Assembly: GCA_030390025.1 (NCBI GenBank)
Contig: CM059431.1
Coordinates: 101,248,001-101,312,000 of the forward strand
Direction: 5' to 3'
From: Squalus acanthias
Lineage: Eukaryota
DNA: 64,000 bases
The notes under the pieces are model-generated. The model did not search any database. It was not told where the DNA came from and saw only the letters and a list, made by a program, of their open reading frames with translations. Shown in pieces: positions 11,933 through 25,790 of the stretch. The position numbers and the translations under genes were made by a program. Position 1 is the first letter of the stretch; the number at the start of each line of letters is the position of its first letter.

Positions 11933-12980
11933 CAAGAAATTAACACAGACTCAAAATTACCTGATACCCTTCAACTAATATGGGTTATACATTAAATTTT
12001 ATGATTCAATGCGTCTTAGTGCTGGATTTAGGAATCATATATCCCATAGTTTGAACAGTTGGCACAATGTATGCGCCGTGCAAAAAGAGACCACATGGAT
12101 TGGCCAAATGGTGGATCAGTATAGTCTAAGTGAAAGTCTCTTGCTTTATTACTACAAGCTGAAACGAAGGTCAGGTCAAGTGGCTGAAGTCTTAACTCCC
12201 ATTTGAAATGCTGCAAATTCAAGTCTCATAACAGAAATGCGCTCAACTCAAGTAAGTGAGGGAGCCCGAGTAGGACTGGAACAATAAGTGTTCAATGTAT
12301 GGTAGAAGAATTTGTGAATTTTGGATTCCTGCCAATGTGCAGGAATGAAATAGCAAACGCAACACTGGATGCGAAGGTTATGAGGTGATAGAGGTGTTCA
12401 AGATTATGAAGGATTATGATAAGTTAAATAGTGATAGCTTGCACGAGTTGGGGGAGGTGTTTGAAAATAGGGCACACATTTTAAGATAATCACAAAACAA
12501 ATTAAAGGGGAGGTTAGAATTTTTTTTTATATAGAGGGTGGTTAGAATGTGAAAGTCTCAGTCACAAACCATTGTTGAAGTGATGTCCACAAATCCTTTT
12601 TAAAAGGAAACTCGACAGGTGCTTGAAAAGGAGGGTATGGGGATTGTGCGGAAGAGTGGAAGTAGGTTTGGTGGCTGGTGTGGAGAGAAACACCAGCACC
12701 AACTTGATTGGCAGAATGGCCTTTATCCGTGCTGTAACATTCGATGAGACCAAGATGTGGTACGGAGTTTACTGAGGCAAAAGTGAACTATTAAACAAGC
12801 TGTCCAATGGAGAGCAAAGACCTGATTTAAAGTCATTAGTTTTTCCTTCTCTTTGGAACTACTAATTACACTCTAGCATGATACAAGCAACTTGCTTCTT
12901 GAGTGCAAGTCTTGAGGCAGCCACCTGAAGGTGTACAAGAGCTGCTTTTTCCCTACTTTCTGTGGGAAGGCATTCACATT

Positions 12981-13674
12981 GGCCCAGATATTCCGATCGC
13001 AGGCCTCCCGTGGGCGGAGGGCTGCGATCTGGCAAAATCTGCCCCCTTACCTGAGGGCTCCCCGGAGGCGCAGAGTTCCATTGCTGGGCCTCTCCAAACT
13101 GCCGGTGTGCAGGGCCCACGTATCCCAGAGGCGCAGGCGGTTCGCAGCGTCCCTGGGATGATGTGGGCCATGGGGAGCCAATCAGAGAAGGGAATCTCCC
13201 TTCATACATTTGACAGGAAGACCTGTCAAATATATGAATGGAGATCACCCCCAAAACATAGTAAAACTTTAAATAAATTTAAAAAAAAACATCACATTTT
13301 TAAAATGACTTGAAATTACATAAATTAACTATTTTAAACAAAAATTTAAATTTTTGAAAAAATAATTAAAGTTTTTATGGGGCTAAAAATAAACTTACCT
13401 TTCTTTAAAGTATTTTTAAATGATAAATCAGTGGAATTTTTTTTTTTTACTTTTTTCAACTCTTATCCTGGTAAAAGCAGGCCTTACCCCTGCTTTTACC
13501 AGGCACAAGAATTGTAAGTGGTTTCTGCGGGCGGAGGGTCTCCAAAAAGCGGAACTATCCGCCCGCAGAGGCCCTTCTCCCGGGCAGCCGGAGCATCTGT
13601 CAAGAGCTTTCTTGACAGATCGGAAATGCCGGTTTCCAGCGCGTACACACCCGTAGGGATCGGAATATCCGCCC
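12981..13674. mobile_element. Harbinger-like MITE
   Basis: TIR ggcccagatattccgatc / gatcggaatatccgccc; TSD ATT; close paralogue of 43818-44547. Confidence 0.88.
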
Positions 13675-14729
13675 ATTGTACTTACTGCTTCAACAACAAC
13701 AACAACTTGCACATCATGCCTTCGACGTTGCAAAACGTCCCAGGTTGCTTCACAGGAGCGTTAGCAAACAAACTTTGACACCGCAAGGAGATATAAGTCA
13801 GTCTCTACCAGGAATGAATGATAAGCTGGACAGATAATCAACACCTCAGATCGAACACTGCTGAAGTCATAGAGCAAGGACTAACACCAGACTGCACAAA
13901 ACAACAACATAACAACTGGTCATGCCTTCAGGGAAAACACAAGTCTCATCTCACAGCCCACCACTCATTACTCATCACCTTTATTTTTTAAGACTTTCAA
14001 AAGTGTCAAATTAAGCTGTTAAAAAAAAAACTTTGCTCCTGCAATGAGCAACTAAAAGGTGAAATATTTTAGCGACATCACAGCAAAAAGTCCGATCACT
14101 CATACCACTGACTCAGCCCTCTGGTAAAGTAGACTGAGATTGTACATGGATACCAGCCAAAGAAGGCAAGAAATTAAACTTTTTGGTTAGGTTAATTTGT
14201 CACGAACTTGCTGATTTTTCAACAGCACGCGGTAGTTGCCCTTATTTTAGGCGGGGCGAGAGGGTGGGCAGTGCGTGAGGGCAATATTCCTTTTACATGT
14301 TTCCTGGTTCGGAGTTATGTCACCATGGGGAAGCACCAAGCAGAGATCCTGAGCCCCGATTTCAACTCCAAGGCCCGAGTTAAAGTTACAGTCGGGTCTC
14401 AATGATGTCATCGAGCCGCAACATGCAGATGTAAAGAAGGACCCTGCCGGCTCCGGGCGCCTGTCCTTGCTGCCCGCTCAGGAGAGCAAGTTAAAATTGC
14501 GGATGTTGCGATCATGCTGGCTTTCGGACAGGCAAGGGCCAGGGTGATTTTAACTGCCCACCCGCCAGGTTTCTACTGAGCGAGTAGGGTTAAAATCGTC
14601 CCCCAAGGGTTTCCCAATAGGGTGAGTTAATTAATTGGACCTGTAATTTCTTATTTAAAAAAAAGTTGAAAATTTCACTTCTATGCTGGAAAGGCAGCAG
14701 GATAGGATCACAACGGCATTGCCACAGTA

Positions 14730-15010
14730 AAGAAAGACTTGCATTTATATAGCGCCTTCCATGACCACCGGACGTCCAAAAGCACTTTACAGCCAATGAA
14801 GTACTTTTGAAGTGTAGTCACTGTTGTAATGTGGGAAACGTGGCACAGCAAGCTCCCACAAACAGCAATGTGATGATGACCGAATAATCTGTTTGTGAGG
14901 GATAAATATTAGCCCAGGACACTGGGGAGAACTCCCCTGCTCTTCTTCGAAATAGTGCCAGGGATCTTTTACATCCACCTGAGAGAGCAGACGGGGCCTT
15001 GGTTCAACGT
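14730..15010 (-). mobile_element. Deu-domain SINE fragment
   Basis: Reverse complement of the SINE 3' half and tail. Confidence 0.8.
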
Positions 15011-15276
15011 ACTAGAAGTAGGTCAGCGACCTATTCTCTGGGCTGTGATTAGTGCAGGGCTCTGTGAGACCAAAATAAAGAGGGAAGGGGGGAAAATACT
15101 ACAATTAAATAAAGGGAGGTGGGTCTCAACTTTAAATAGTGTTTAAACATAAAACCTGATTTGACCAAGTTTCATGCAAGATCCCATAAAGTTCCTAAAT
15201 GTTTCAGGAAATTCTGTAACTCAGAGATAATGCTGGTTATATTCTGCATAGTTCTATTGGTAGTTCTATAAACTGT

Positions 15277-15525
15277 GGGCCGTATTTCGCGACCCCTGTG
15301 GGTGCGTACGAGGTGTGCACGCAACTATAGGAGCCGCGCAAGTGCCGGGTTTAGGCATGTGAAGCGTATACGCTAAAACCCGGAACTTGCGATCTGTCAA
15401 GAATCCTCTTGACAGATCGCACGCATGCCCGGTAGAAGGGCCTCCGCGGGCAGAGAGTTGCACTTTCTGCACAACTTCCGCCCGCTGAAAGCCTTTAAAA
15501 ATCTTACGTCTGGTAAAAGCACAGC
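15277..15525. mobile_element. Truncated Harbinger-like MITE (one arm)
   Basis: Starts gggccgtatttcgcgacc; similar to the left arm of the 33814 element. Confidence 0.75.
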
Positions 15526-15539
15526 CCAGAGAACAGGTG

Positions 15540-18331
15540 CAAAAAGAAAATACTGCAGATGCTGGAAATCTGAAATAAAAACAGAAAATGCTGGAGATAC
15601 TCAGCAGGTCAGGCAGTATCTGTGAAGAGAGAAACAGAGTTAACGTTTCAGGTCGATGACCTTTCGTCAAAACTGGAAAAAAGCAGGAAATGGAACAGAT
15701 TTTTAAGCAACTGTCGTGGCTGGGAAATGGGGGAGGGGATGGAAGAACAAAAGGGAAGGCCTGCGATAGGCTGGAAGGCAGGAGAGATTAAGAGACATTG
15801 AGAGATATTCAAGGCAAAAGGAGATGGTAATGGGACAGGTTAAGAAACAAAGGATGGCTCTAGATGAAGTGTAAATTGCGCTGGCAGAATGGAAGACAGC
15901 TGTCCTGTGGGAGAGAAGAACAGAACAAAAGTGTGGATAAAATATATGTTATGATCTGAAATTGTTGAATTCTATGTTGAGTCCAGAGGGCTGTAGAGTG
16001 CCTAATCGAAAGATGAGGTGCTGTTCCTCGAGCTTACGCTGAGCTTCCATGGAACAACGCCAGAGGCCGAGGACAGTGAGGTCAGAGTGGGAGTGGAGCA
16101 AAAAAAACTTTTTCTCTTCCTTTCAGGTGTCAAGGATCGCGAGCTTCAACAACTCTTGGACACCAACGCCCCTCCGGAACCTTCTTCCCCTTCACTTTCC
16201 TCTGACCCCATCCCTTCTCCCAATCTCACCCCCTGCCGCATTTTCACTATCCCCTCTGACCTTCCCCTCTCTGACCCCGAACGATCAGTCCTTAGCAAAG
16301 GCCTGAGCTTCATCCCCTTACGCCCCCACCTCAATGAATTTCGAGCTCGGCACGATGCTGAGCTGTTTTTCCGCCGCCTTCGCCTCCGTGCCCACTTCTT
16401 TGGCCAGGAGTCTTCCCCCCGCACGCCTGACCCTTTCTCCCGCTTTCAGAATTCTCGTTCTTACTGGACCCCTCCCTCTGGCCTCTTACCCTCTCTAGAT
16501 CTTTTCATTGCAAACTGCCGCCGTGACATCGGCCGTCTCCATTTCTCTGCTCCCCTCACTCACTCCAACCTACCTCCCTCTGAACTTGCAGCACTCCATT
16601 CTCTCAGATCCAACCCCGACATTGTCATTAAACCTGCTGACAAGGGTGGTTGTTGTTTGGCGAACTGACTCTACCTAGCGGACGCTGAACACCAACTCTC
16701 CGACACCTCCTCCTACCTCCACCTGGACCATGACCCCACTACCGAACATCAGGCCACCGTTTCCAAGACTGTCACTGACCTCATCTCCTCTGGAGATCTT
16801 CCCCCCACGGCCGCCAACCTCATAGTTCCCCAACCCCGCACAGCCCGCTTCTACCTCCTTCCCAAGATCCACAAACAGGACTGCCCTGGTAGACCCATTG
16901 TTTCAGCCTGTTCTTGCCCCACGGAACTTATCTCTTCCTATCTCGACTCTATTTTTTCTCCCCTTGTCCAGTCTCTTCCCACCTACATCCGCGACTCTTC
17001 CGACGCCCTCCGCCACTTTAACAGTTTCCAGTTTCATGGCCCCAACCGCCTCCTTTTCACTATGGACGTACAATCCCTCTACACCTCCATCCCCCACCAG
17101 GATGGCCTGAGGTCGCTCCGCTTCTTCCTTGAACAGAGGCCCAACCAGTCCCCATCCACCACCACCCTCCTCCGCCTGGCTGAACTTGTTCTCACATTGA
17201 ACAACTTCTCCTTTGACTCCACTCACTTCCTCCAAATCAAAAGTGTGGCTATGGGAACCCGCATGGGTCCTAGCTATGCCTGCCTTTTCGTGGGATATGT
17301 GGAACACTCTTTGTTCCAGTCCTACACAGGTCCCCTCCCTCACCTCTTTTTCCGGTACATTGATGACTGTATCGGTGCCGTTTCCTGCTCTCGCCCTGAA
17401 CTAGATAATTTCATTCACTTTGCTTCCAATTTCCACCCTTCCCTCACCTTCACATGGTCCATCCCCGACTCTTCCCTTCCCTTCCTCGACTTCTCCGTCT
17501 CCATCTCTGGGGATAGATTATTGACCAACATTCACTACAAGCCCACTGATTCCCACAACCAGCTGGACTACACTTCCTCCCACCCCGCCTCCTGTAAGGA
17601 CTCTATTCCATTCTCCCAGTTTCTCCGTCTCCGCCGCATCTGCTCTGACGATGCCACCTTCCATACCAGTGCTTCCGACATGTCTTCCTTTTTCCTTAAC
17701 CGAGGATTCCCCTCTACTGTGGTTGACACGGCCCTTAACCGTGTCCGTTCTATCTCCTGCACTTCTGCCCTCACCCCTGCCCCTCCCTCCCGGAACCACG
17801 ATAGAGTTCCCCTTGTCCTCACCTTTCACCCCACCAGCCTCCACATTCAACGGATCATCCTCCACCATTTCCGCCACCTCCAGCGTGATCCCACCACCAA
17901 ACGCATCTTCCCCTCACCTCCTCTTTCAGCATTCCGAAGGGACCGCTCCCTCCGCGACACCCTAGTCCACTCCTCTACCACCCCCAGCACCCCTTCCCCT
18001 TCGCCCGGCACCTTCCCATGCAAGCGCAGGAGATGCAACACATGCCCTTATACCTCCCCACTTCCCACTGTCCAGGGCCCCAAACACCCCTTCCAGGTGA
18101 AACAGCGATTTACTTGTACTTCTTGCAATTTAGTATACTGTATTCGCTGCTCACGATATGGTCTCCTGTACATTGGGGAGACCAAACGCAGGTTGGGTGA
18201 CCGCTTTGCGGAACACCTCCGTTCAGTCTGTAAGGGGGACCCCGAGCTTCCGGTCGCCTGTCACTTTAATTCACTGCTCCACTCCCACTCTGACCTCACC
18301 GTCCTCGGCCTCCTGCATTGTTCCACGGAAG
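15540..18331 (+). mobile_element. Penelope-like element: inverted 3'-end copy (15540-16098) followed by frameshifted RT + GIY-YIG ORF
   Basis: ORF 17062-18402 has MGTRMGPSYA, FRYIDD, and CNTC...VYCIRC...YIGETKR; ORF 16018-16668 has LSKGLSFIP and IKPADKGG. Confidence 0.92.
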
Positions 18332-19669
18332 CCTTAACCACTCCAGTTCCACATTCTCACCACTCTCTGGGTAAAGAAGGTCCTCTTGAATTCCTTTTTT
18401 GAATTTATTCGAGACTATCTTATATTTAAACCCGCTGGTATTGGAAGAAGAAATAAGAAATTATAGGCCAATTAACTTTACTTCTGTTGCTGTTGGAACT
18501 ATCAGAGTCTATAATTGGGGTTGAAATTACGAAGCACTTGGAAAAACACGAGCTAATTGGGGCCAGTCAGCGGGGATTTCTAAACAGCGATCGAACGTGA
18601 CCAACTTTATGGCAATTTTTTAAAGAGAGGAAAGGTAAAGGAAATGCAGTGGATGTGTTATATGGATGTTCGAAAAGTATTAGATAAGGTAGTCAAGAGA
18701 TGCAGGACAAAAATAATGCACAAATTATGTGGCGTCATAGATAAATAGGTTGGAGGACAGAAAGCAAAGGGTAGGGGCAAAAGGAAGTTTTTGGGAATGG
18801 AATGGTGTTGAGTGGTGTTTATAGAATCATATAATGATACAGCACAGAAGGAGGCCATTCGGCCCATCGTGCCTGTGCCGGCTCTTTGAACGAGCTCTCC
18901 AATTAGTCCCACTCCCCCCTGCTCTTTCCCCAGAGCCCTGCAAATTTCTCCCCTTCAAGTATATAGCCAATTCCCTTTTGAAAGTTACTATTAAGTCTGC
19001 TTCCACCACCCATTCAGGCAGCGCATTCCAGGATCACAACAACTCGCTGTGTAAAACAAATTCTCAGCGCCCTTCTGGTTCTTTTGCCACTTGTGTTTAT
19101 TATATACCTAAATGATCTTGACTTAAGAATTGTGAGAACAATATCAAAGTTTGCTGTTCACACCAAATTGTGGGGGAAGGGGATTTGTTATGGAAAAATG
19201 TGTTGAAGATTATGAGACTGCAGGAGGTCCTTTAACAGAATATGAGGTGCCCCTTGTCGCAGAACCCCCATTTGGAGCATCACTGGGTGCACTAATGTGA
19301 TACACATGATGTTATTAATACAAGAAAATCTTCCTTCGAAGAGTTGTGAAAAATGCAAGTGTACTCAGACAATTAATTATGCATCGAGTGAAACGTGTTT
19401 GTATTGCAATCTACCAGCATGTAAGTTCCTTTTCCGAGAAAGAAATCGGCACAGGAAAACCTCACTTCAGCTGACACCCATGAAATCTAGGTCACAGCGT
19501 AATCACCTGTCTTCACGTAAATATAGTTAGCTTCAAAAGTTTCATATTTCTAAGCAAGGTTACTTATTTACTTAACTGTAACTTTTGACCTACTTTCTGG
19601 TGCCTAGAGGCATCAAACTCCTGTCTTGGGGTAAAGAAAAACAGTTATCTTAGCTCCATTTATATTTAT

Positions 19670-19970
19670 ATTTCTTCAACAGCACCTCCCAAACTCGCGA
19701 CCTTTACCATCTAGAAGGACAAAGGCAGCAGGCGCATGGGAACACCACCACCTCCAAGTCATACACCATCCTGACTTGGAAATATATCGGCCGTTCCTTC
19801 ATCGTCGCCGGGTCAAAATCCTGGCACTCCCTCCCTAACAGCACTGTGGGAGCACCTTCACCACACGGACTGCAGCGGTTCAAGGCGGCGGCTCAGCACC
19901 ACCTTCTCAAGGGGCAACTAGGGATGGGGTATAAATGCTGGCCTTGCCAGCGACGCCCACATCCCCAGAA
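19670..19970 (+). mobile_element. 3' end of a second LINE family
   Basis: Same tail (gggatggg...aaatgctggccttgccagcgacgcccacatccc) as 45255-45895 and 62085-62705. Confidence 0.7.
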
Positions 19971-20080
19971 TTAATTTAAAATTTTTTTTAAAAAAAATTA
20001 TAGCGCCTTTCACGACCTCAGGATATCCCAAAGCGCCTTACAGCCAATGAAGGACTTTTATTTTTGAAGTGTGGTCACTG

Positions 20081-23000
20081 AGCCAGTGGAACTGGGCGGA
20101 ACCGGAGCAGCAGCGCGAGCAGAATAAAGAACGCGGCGAGAGGAGGCCTGAGAGCGGAGCCAGCGGACCTGGGCGGAACCGGAGCAGCAGCGGGAGCAGA
20201 ATAAAGAGCGAGAGGAGGCCCGAGAACAGAGCCAGCGGGGGAGGAGCAGCGAGGCTCCGATTGATTAACAAAAAAAAATCAAAGTGTGACGTCACAGGTA
20301 TGCAGGTAGGTGATTGGTGGTGAGTATTTCTTTTCTCTTAGGACTGAGGGCTAAGTTACAGTAAAGACCTATAGCATATAAGTGAATTTATAACTAACTA
20401 AACTTATTTTAATAAATTTAATAAATTAAATTAAACAAGGTTATAACCTAAAATTTAGGGATGGGCAATAAATGCTGGCCATGCCAGCGACACCCACATC
20501 CCACAAACGAATAAAAAAAACCTAGATTAAAAGCTACAAATAGACAATTGATTGATATTGACATAATTAATTAAATTAAATAAAATAGAGATGGCAGGGC
20601 AGGTGATGCGTTGCAGCCGTAGCATGTGGGAGCTGGTGGACACCAGTGTGATCTAGGGCGGCCACATCTACAGTTCAGTGTCTACAGCTCGAGGAACTTT
20701 GGCTCAGAGTTGATGAGCTGGAGTCCGAGCTGCAGACATTGAGATACATCAGGGAGGGAGAAAGTTACCTGGACACTTTGTTCCAGGAGGCAGTCACACC
20801 CCTTAGTTTAAATACTTTAGATTTGGTCCGTGGTCAGGGACAGGAGGGTGTGACTACGAGTGAGGCAGGTATGGGGATCCAGGAGGTAGCATTGGAGGAG
20901 CCTCAGCCCTTGCACTTGTCCAACAGGTACGAGGTACTTGCTCCCTGTGTGGACGAGAGCAGGGACTGCAGGGAGGATGAGCAAACTGACCACGGCACCG
21001 TGGTACAGGGGGCCATTCAAGTTGGGGGAGTAAAAAGAAATGTTGTAGTGGTAGGGGACAGTATAGTTAGGGGGATAGATACTGTTCTCTGCAGCCGAGA
21101 GCGTGAGTCCCGAAGGCTGTGTTGCCTGCCCGGTGCCAAGATTAAGGACATCTCCTCTGGGCTGGAGAGGAACTTGGAGTGGGAGGGGAAAGATCCAGTT
21201 GTCGTGGTCCACGTAGGTACCAACGACATAGGCAGGACAAAGAAAGAGGTTCTGCTGAGGGAGTATGAGCAGCGAGGGACTAAATTAAAAAGCAGAACCA
21301 CAAAGGTAATAATCTCTGGATTACTAACTGAGCCACGAGCAAATTGGTATAGGGTAAATAAGATCAGAGAGATGAATGCGTGGTTCAAAGATTGGTGTGG
21401 GAGAAATGGGTTTCGATTCATGGGGCACTGGCACCAGTACTGGGGAAAGAGGGAGCTGTTCCGTTGGGACGGGCTTCACTTGAACCATGCTGGGACCAGT
21501 GTCCTGGCGAATCGAATAACTAGGGCTATAGATAGGGCTTTAAACTAAATAGTGGGGCGGGGAGGGTTCAGGTGAGGGGAAATTTAAAAAGTCAAAGATG
21601 AAGGAGAAGGCAATAGTGCAGGGTAGCGATAGGGGTAATGATAACCAGAGTGTTACAGGAAGGGACAGAGCGTATAAACATAAGAGTGCATCAGAAAGTA
21701 GAGTCAAAGTAGGGAAAAATGGTAAAAAGATAAAATTAAAAGCGCTTTATCTGAATGCACGCAGTATTCGTAACAAGATAGATGAGTTGACGGCACAAAC
21801 AGAAATAAATGGGTTGGCTAAAGTGGACTGGGAAAATAGATTAAAGGGTAAGACGGTAGATAAGCAGTGGCAGACATTTAAGGAGATATTCCATAACTCT
21901 CAGCAAAGATATATTCCAGTGAGAAAGAAAGACTCTAAGAGAAGAATGAACCATTCGTGGCTAACTAAGGAAGTTAAGGATGGTATCAAATTGAAAACAA
22001 AGGCATACAATGATGCGAAGATCAGTGGTAGGCCAGAGGATTGAGACATTTTTAGAAACCAGCAAAGGACGACTAAAAAAAGAATAAAGAGAGAGAAGAT
22101 AGATAACGAGTAAACTAGCAAGAAATATAAAAACAGACAGTAAGAGCTTCTACAGGTATATAAAAAGGAAGAGAGTAACTAAAGTATACGTTGGTCCCTT
22201 AGAGGATGAGACTGGGGAATTAATAATGGGAAACAGGGAAATGGTGGAGATTTTGAACAAATATTTTGTATCGGTCTTCACGGTAGAATATACTAAAAGC
22301 ATCCCAGTAATAATAGATAATCAAGGGGCTATAGGGAGGGGGGAACTTAAAACAATCACCATCACTAGAGAAAAAGTACGATGGGACTAAAGGTGGACAA
22401 TTCCCCAGGACCTGATGGCCTGCATCCGAGGGTCTTAAAAGAAGTGGCTGCAGAGATAGTGGATGCATTGGTTGTAATCTACCAACATTCCCTAGATTCT
22501 GGAGAGGTCCCAGCGGATTGGAAAACCGCAAATGTAACACCCCTATTCAAGAAAGGAAGGAGACAGAAAGCAGGAAACAATAGACCAGTTAGCCTAACAT
22601 CTGTCATTGGGAAATGCTGGAGTCCATTATTAAGGAAGTAGTAGCAGGACATTTAGAAAATCATAATACAGTCAAGCAGAGTCAGCATGGTTTTATGAAA
22701 AGGAAATCATGCTTGACAAATTTGCTAGAGTTCTTTGAGGATGTAACGAGCAGGGTGGATAAAGGGGAACCAGTAGATGTAGTGTATTTGGATTTCCAGA
22801 AGGCATTTGATAAGGTGCCACATAAAAGGTTACTGCACAAGATATGTGCTCATGGGGTTGGGGGTAATATATTAGCATAGATAGAGGATTGGCTAACTAA
22901 CAGGAAACAGAGAGTCGGGATAAATGGGTCACTTTCAGGTTGGCAAACTGTAACTAGTGGGGTGCCACAGGGATCAGTGCTGGGGCCTCAGCTGTTTACA

Positions 23001-23806
23001 ATCTATATTAATGACTTGGATGAAGGGACCGAGTGTAATGTAGCCAAATTTGCTGATATAAAGATAGGTGGGAAAGCAAGTTGTGAAGAGGACACAAAGA
23101 ATCTGAAAAGGGATATAGATAGGTTAAGTGAGTGGGCAGGAATCTGGCAGATGGAGGATAATGTGGGAAAATGTGAGGTTATCCACATTTGGAGTATAAA
23201 AGTAGGTAAGTCTTACTACAGCTGTACAGGGCATTGGTGAGACCACACCTGGAGTACTGCATACAGTTTTGGTCTCCTTATTTAAGGAGGGATATACTTG
23301 CATTGGAGGCAGTTCAGAGAAGGTTCACTAGGTTAATTCCTGAGATGAAGGGGTTGTCTTATGAAGAAAGGTTGAGCAGGTTGGGCCTATACTCATTGCA
23401 GTTTAGAAGAATGAGAGGTGATCTTATTGAAATGTATAAGATTCTGAGGGAGCTTGACAGGGTAGATGCAGAGAGGATGTTTCCCCTCGTGGGGGAATCT
23501 AGAAGTAGGGGGCATAGTTTCAGAATAAGGGGTTGCCCATTTAAAACGGAGATGAGGAGGAATTTCTTCTCTGAGGGTCGTGAATCTTTGGAATTCTCTA
23601 CCCCAGAGAGCTGTGGAGGCTGGGTCATTGAATATATTTAAGGTGGAGATAGACAGATTTTTGAACGATTAGGGAGTTAAAGGTTATGGGGAGCGGGCAG
23701 GAAAGTGGAGTTGAGGCCAAGACCAGATCAACCATAATCTTATCGAATGGCGGAGCAGGCTCGAGGGGCCAAATGGCCGACTCCTGCTATTTCTTATGTT
23801 CTTATG
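20081..23806 (+). mobile_element. Near full-length CR1 LINE with internal deletions, inserted into a SINE
   Basis: GC-rich 5' UTR; ORF1 esterase 20739-21548 (GDSIVR, HVGTND, DGLHLN); broken ORF2; (ttcttatg)n tail; SINE sequence continues on both sides (cactg | ttgtaatg). Confidence 0.93.
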
Positions 23807-24163
23807 TTGTAATGTAGGAAAAGCGGTAGCCAATTTGCGCACGGCAAGGTCCCACACACAGCAATGAGATAATGACCAGATAATCTTTTTTAGTGATGTT
23901 GACTGAAGGATAAACGTTGGCCAGGACACCGGGGAGAACTCCACTGCTCTTTTTTGAAATAGTGCCATGGGATCATTTACGTCCACCTGAGAGGGCAGAA
24001 CGTTTCATCCAAAAGACAGCACCTCCGACAGTGCAGCACTCCCTCAGTACTGCACTGGAGTGTCAGCCTAGATTTTGTGCTCAAGTCTCTGGAGTGGGTC
24101 TTGAACCCATGATCTTCTGACTCAGAGGCGAGAGTGCTACCCACTGAGACACAGCTGACACTG
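23807..24163 (-). mobile_element. tRNA-derived Deu-domain SINE (its 3' part lies at ~20000-20080)
   Basis: Reverse complement of head with A/B boxes and Deu core. Confidence 0.85.
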
Positions 24164-25399
24164 TCAGGAAGCACTTCTTCACACAGAGGGCAGTGGAAAT
24201 CTGGAACTCTCTCCCCAAAAAGCTGTTGAGGCTGGGGATCAATTGAAAATTTCAAAACTGAGATTGATAGATTTTTTGTTAGGCAAGGGTATTAAGGGTT
24301 ACGGAACCAAGGCGGGTAGATGGCATTAAGATACAGATCAGCCGTGATCTAATTGAATGGCGGAACAGGCCCGAGGGGCTGAATGGCCTCGTCCTGTTCC
24401 GATGTCTTCACATGCATTTCAGGCTCCGCTTCCTACATGGAAGTTCTGCCTGGTGCTTACAGATTGCAGGGGGGTGTGGTTGGTCTCACTGTCTATAAAT
24501 TTTGAGGAAAATGACCTCGGCCACACCTACAAGAGATGGGCAGCCAGTGTCATTCCAGCCCGCCACATCAAGGTTAATGCTGGGGTTGGGAAGTCTTGTG
24601 TGAGGGTCGGAGAACTAGCACAGCAGCGGGATATAAAACCCACTGCTGATTACAGAGGCAACAGCAGCTATCGGAGAAGAATGAAAATTTACCACACAAA
24701 GGGCTGTCGGGAAGAGAAGTGCTACAGTTTTTGCTTGCGTCATAGAATCCTACAGCACAGAAGGAGGCCATTCAGCCCATTGTGCCTGTGCCAGCTCTCT
24801 GAAAGAGCTCTCCAATTAGTCCCACTCCCCCCCTGCTCTTTCCCCGTAGCCCTGAAAATTTTTCCTTTTCAAGTATTTATCCAATTCCCTTTTGAATACG
24901 ATTGAATCTGTTTCCACCGCCCTTTCAGACAGCGCCTTCCAGATCGTAACAATTCGCTGCGTAAAAAAATAAATTCTCATCTCCCCTCTACGCAAGGCTA
25001 TGGGAAAAGAGTGGGACTCATTGGATAGCTCTGTGGGCCAAATGGCCTCCTTCTGTGCTGTGCGATTCTGTGACTCTATCCTCACTGCGTTTTAACTGCA
25101 AAAGTTCACCCAGCTAAAACTGAAAGACAACTTAGCAAAAAATGGGCACCAAGATGAAACTACAAACTGCTATTGAATGGATCACACCTACAATGGTGCA
25201 ATGTTGGATCACAATTGTAATCTCCTGTACCATCAGTTCTCTGCTTTAGGCATCCGCTGAACAAACAAGTCTAGCTAACTTGTGAGATTGCATCAGCAAC
25301 AGCACCAACATTGGGTTAGCTATTGTGCCCGAAACAAAAAAAATGACAGTCACTCCAGAAAGCATGGAGATGCTCTTAAACGCATGTGAATCAGGTCCC

Positions 25400-25790
25400 A
25401 AACAACAACTTGCATTTATATAGTGTCTTTAACGTAACAAAATGTCCCGAGGCGCTTCACACGAGCGATTATCAAACAAGATTTGACACCGAGCCACATG
25501 AGATATCAGGTCAGGTGACCAAAAGCTTGGTCAAAGAGGTAGGTTTTAAGGAGTGTCTTAAAAGAGGAGAGAGAGGCAGAGAGGTTAAGGGAAGGAATTC
25601 CAGATCTTAGGGCCCAGGCAACTGAAAGGTGGAGCGATTAAAATCAGGGACGCGCCAGAGACCAGAATTAGAGGAGTGCAGAGATCTCGGGGGGGTTGTG
25701 GGGCTGAAGGAGATTACAGAGATAGGGAGGGGGCGAGGCCATGGAGGGATTTGAAAACAAGGATGAGAATTTTTAAATTGAGGTGTTACA
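25400..25790 (-). mobile_element. L2-like LINE 3' fragment
   Basis: caacaacttgcatttatatag tail; similar to 43048-43700. Confidence 0.7.
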
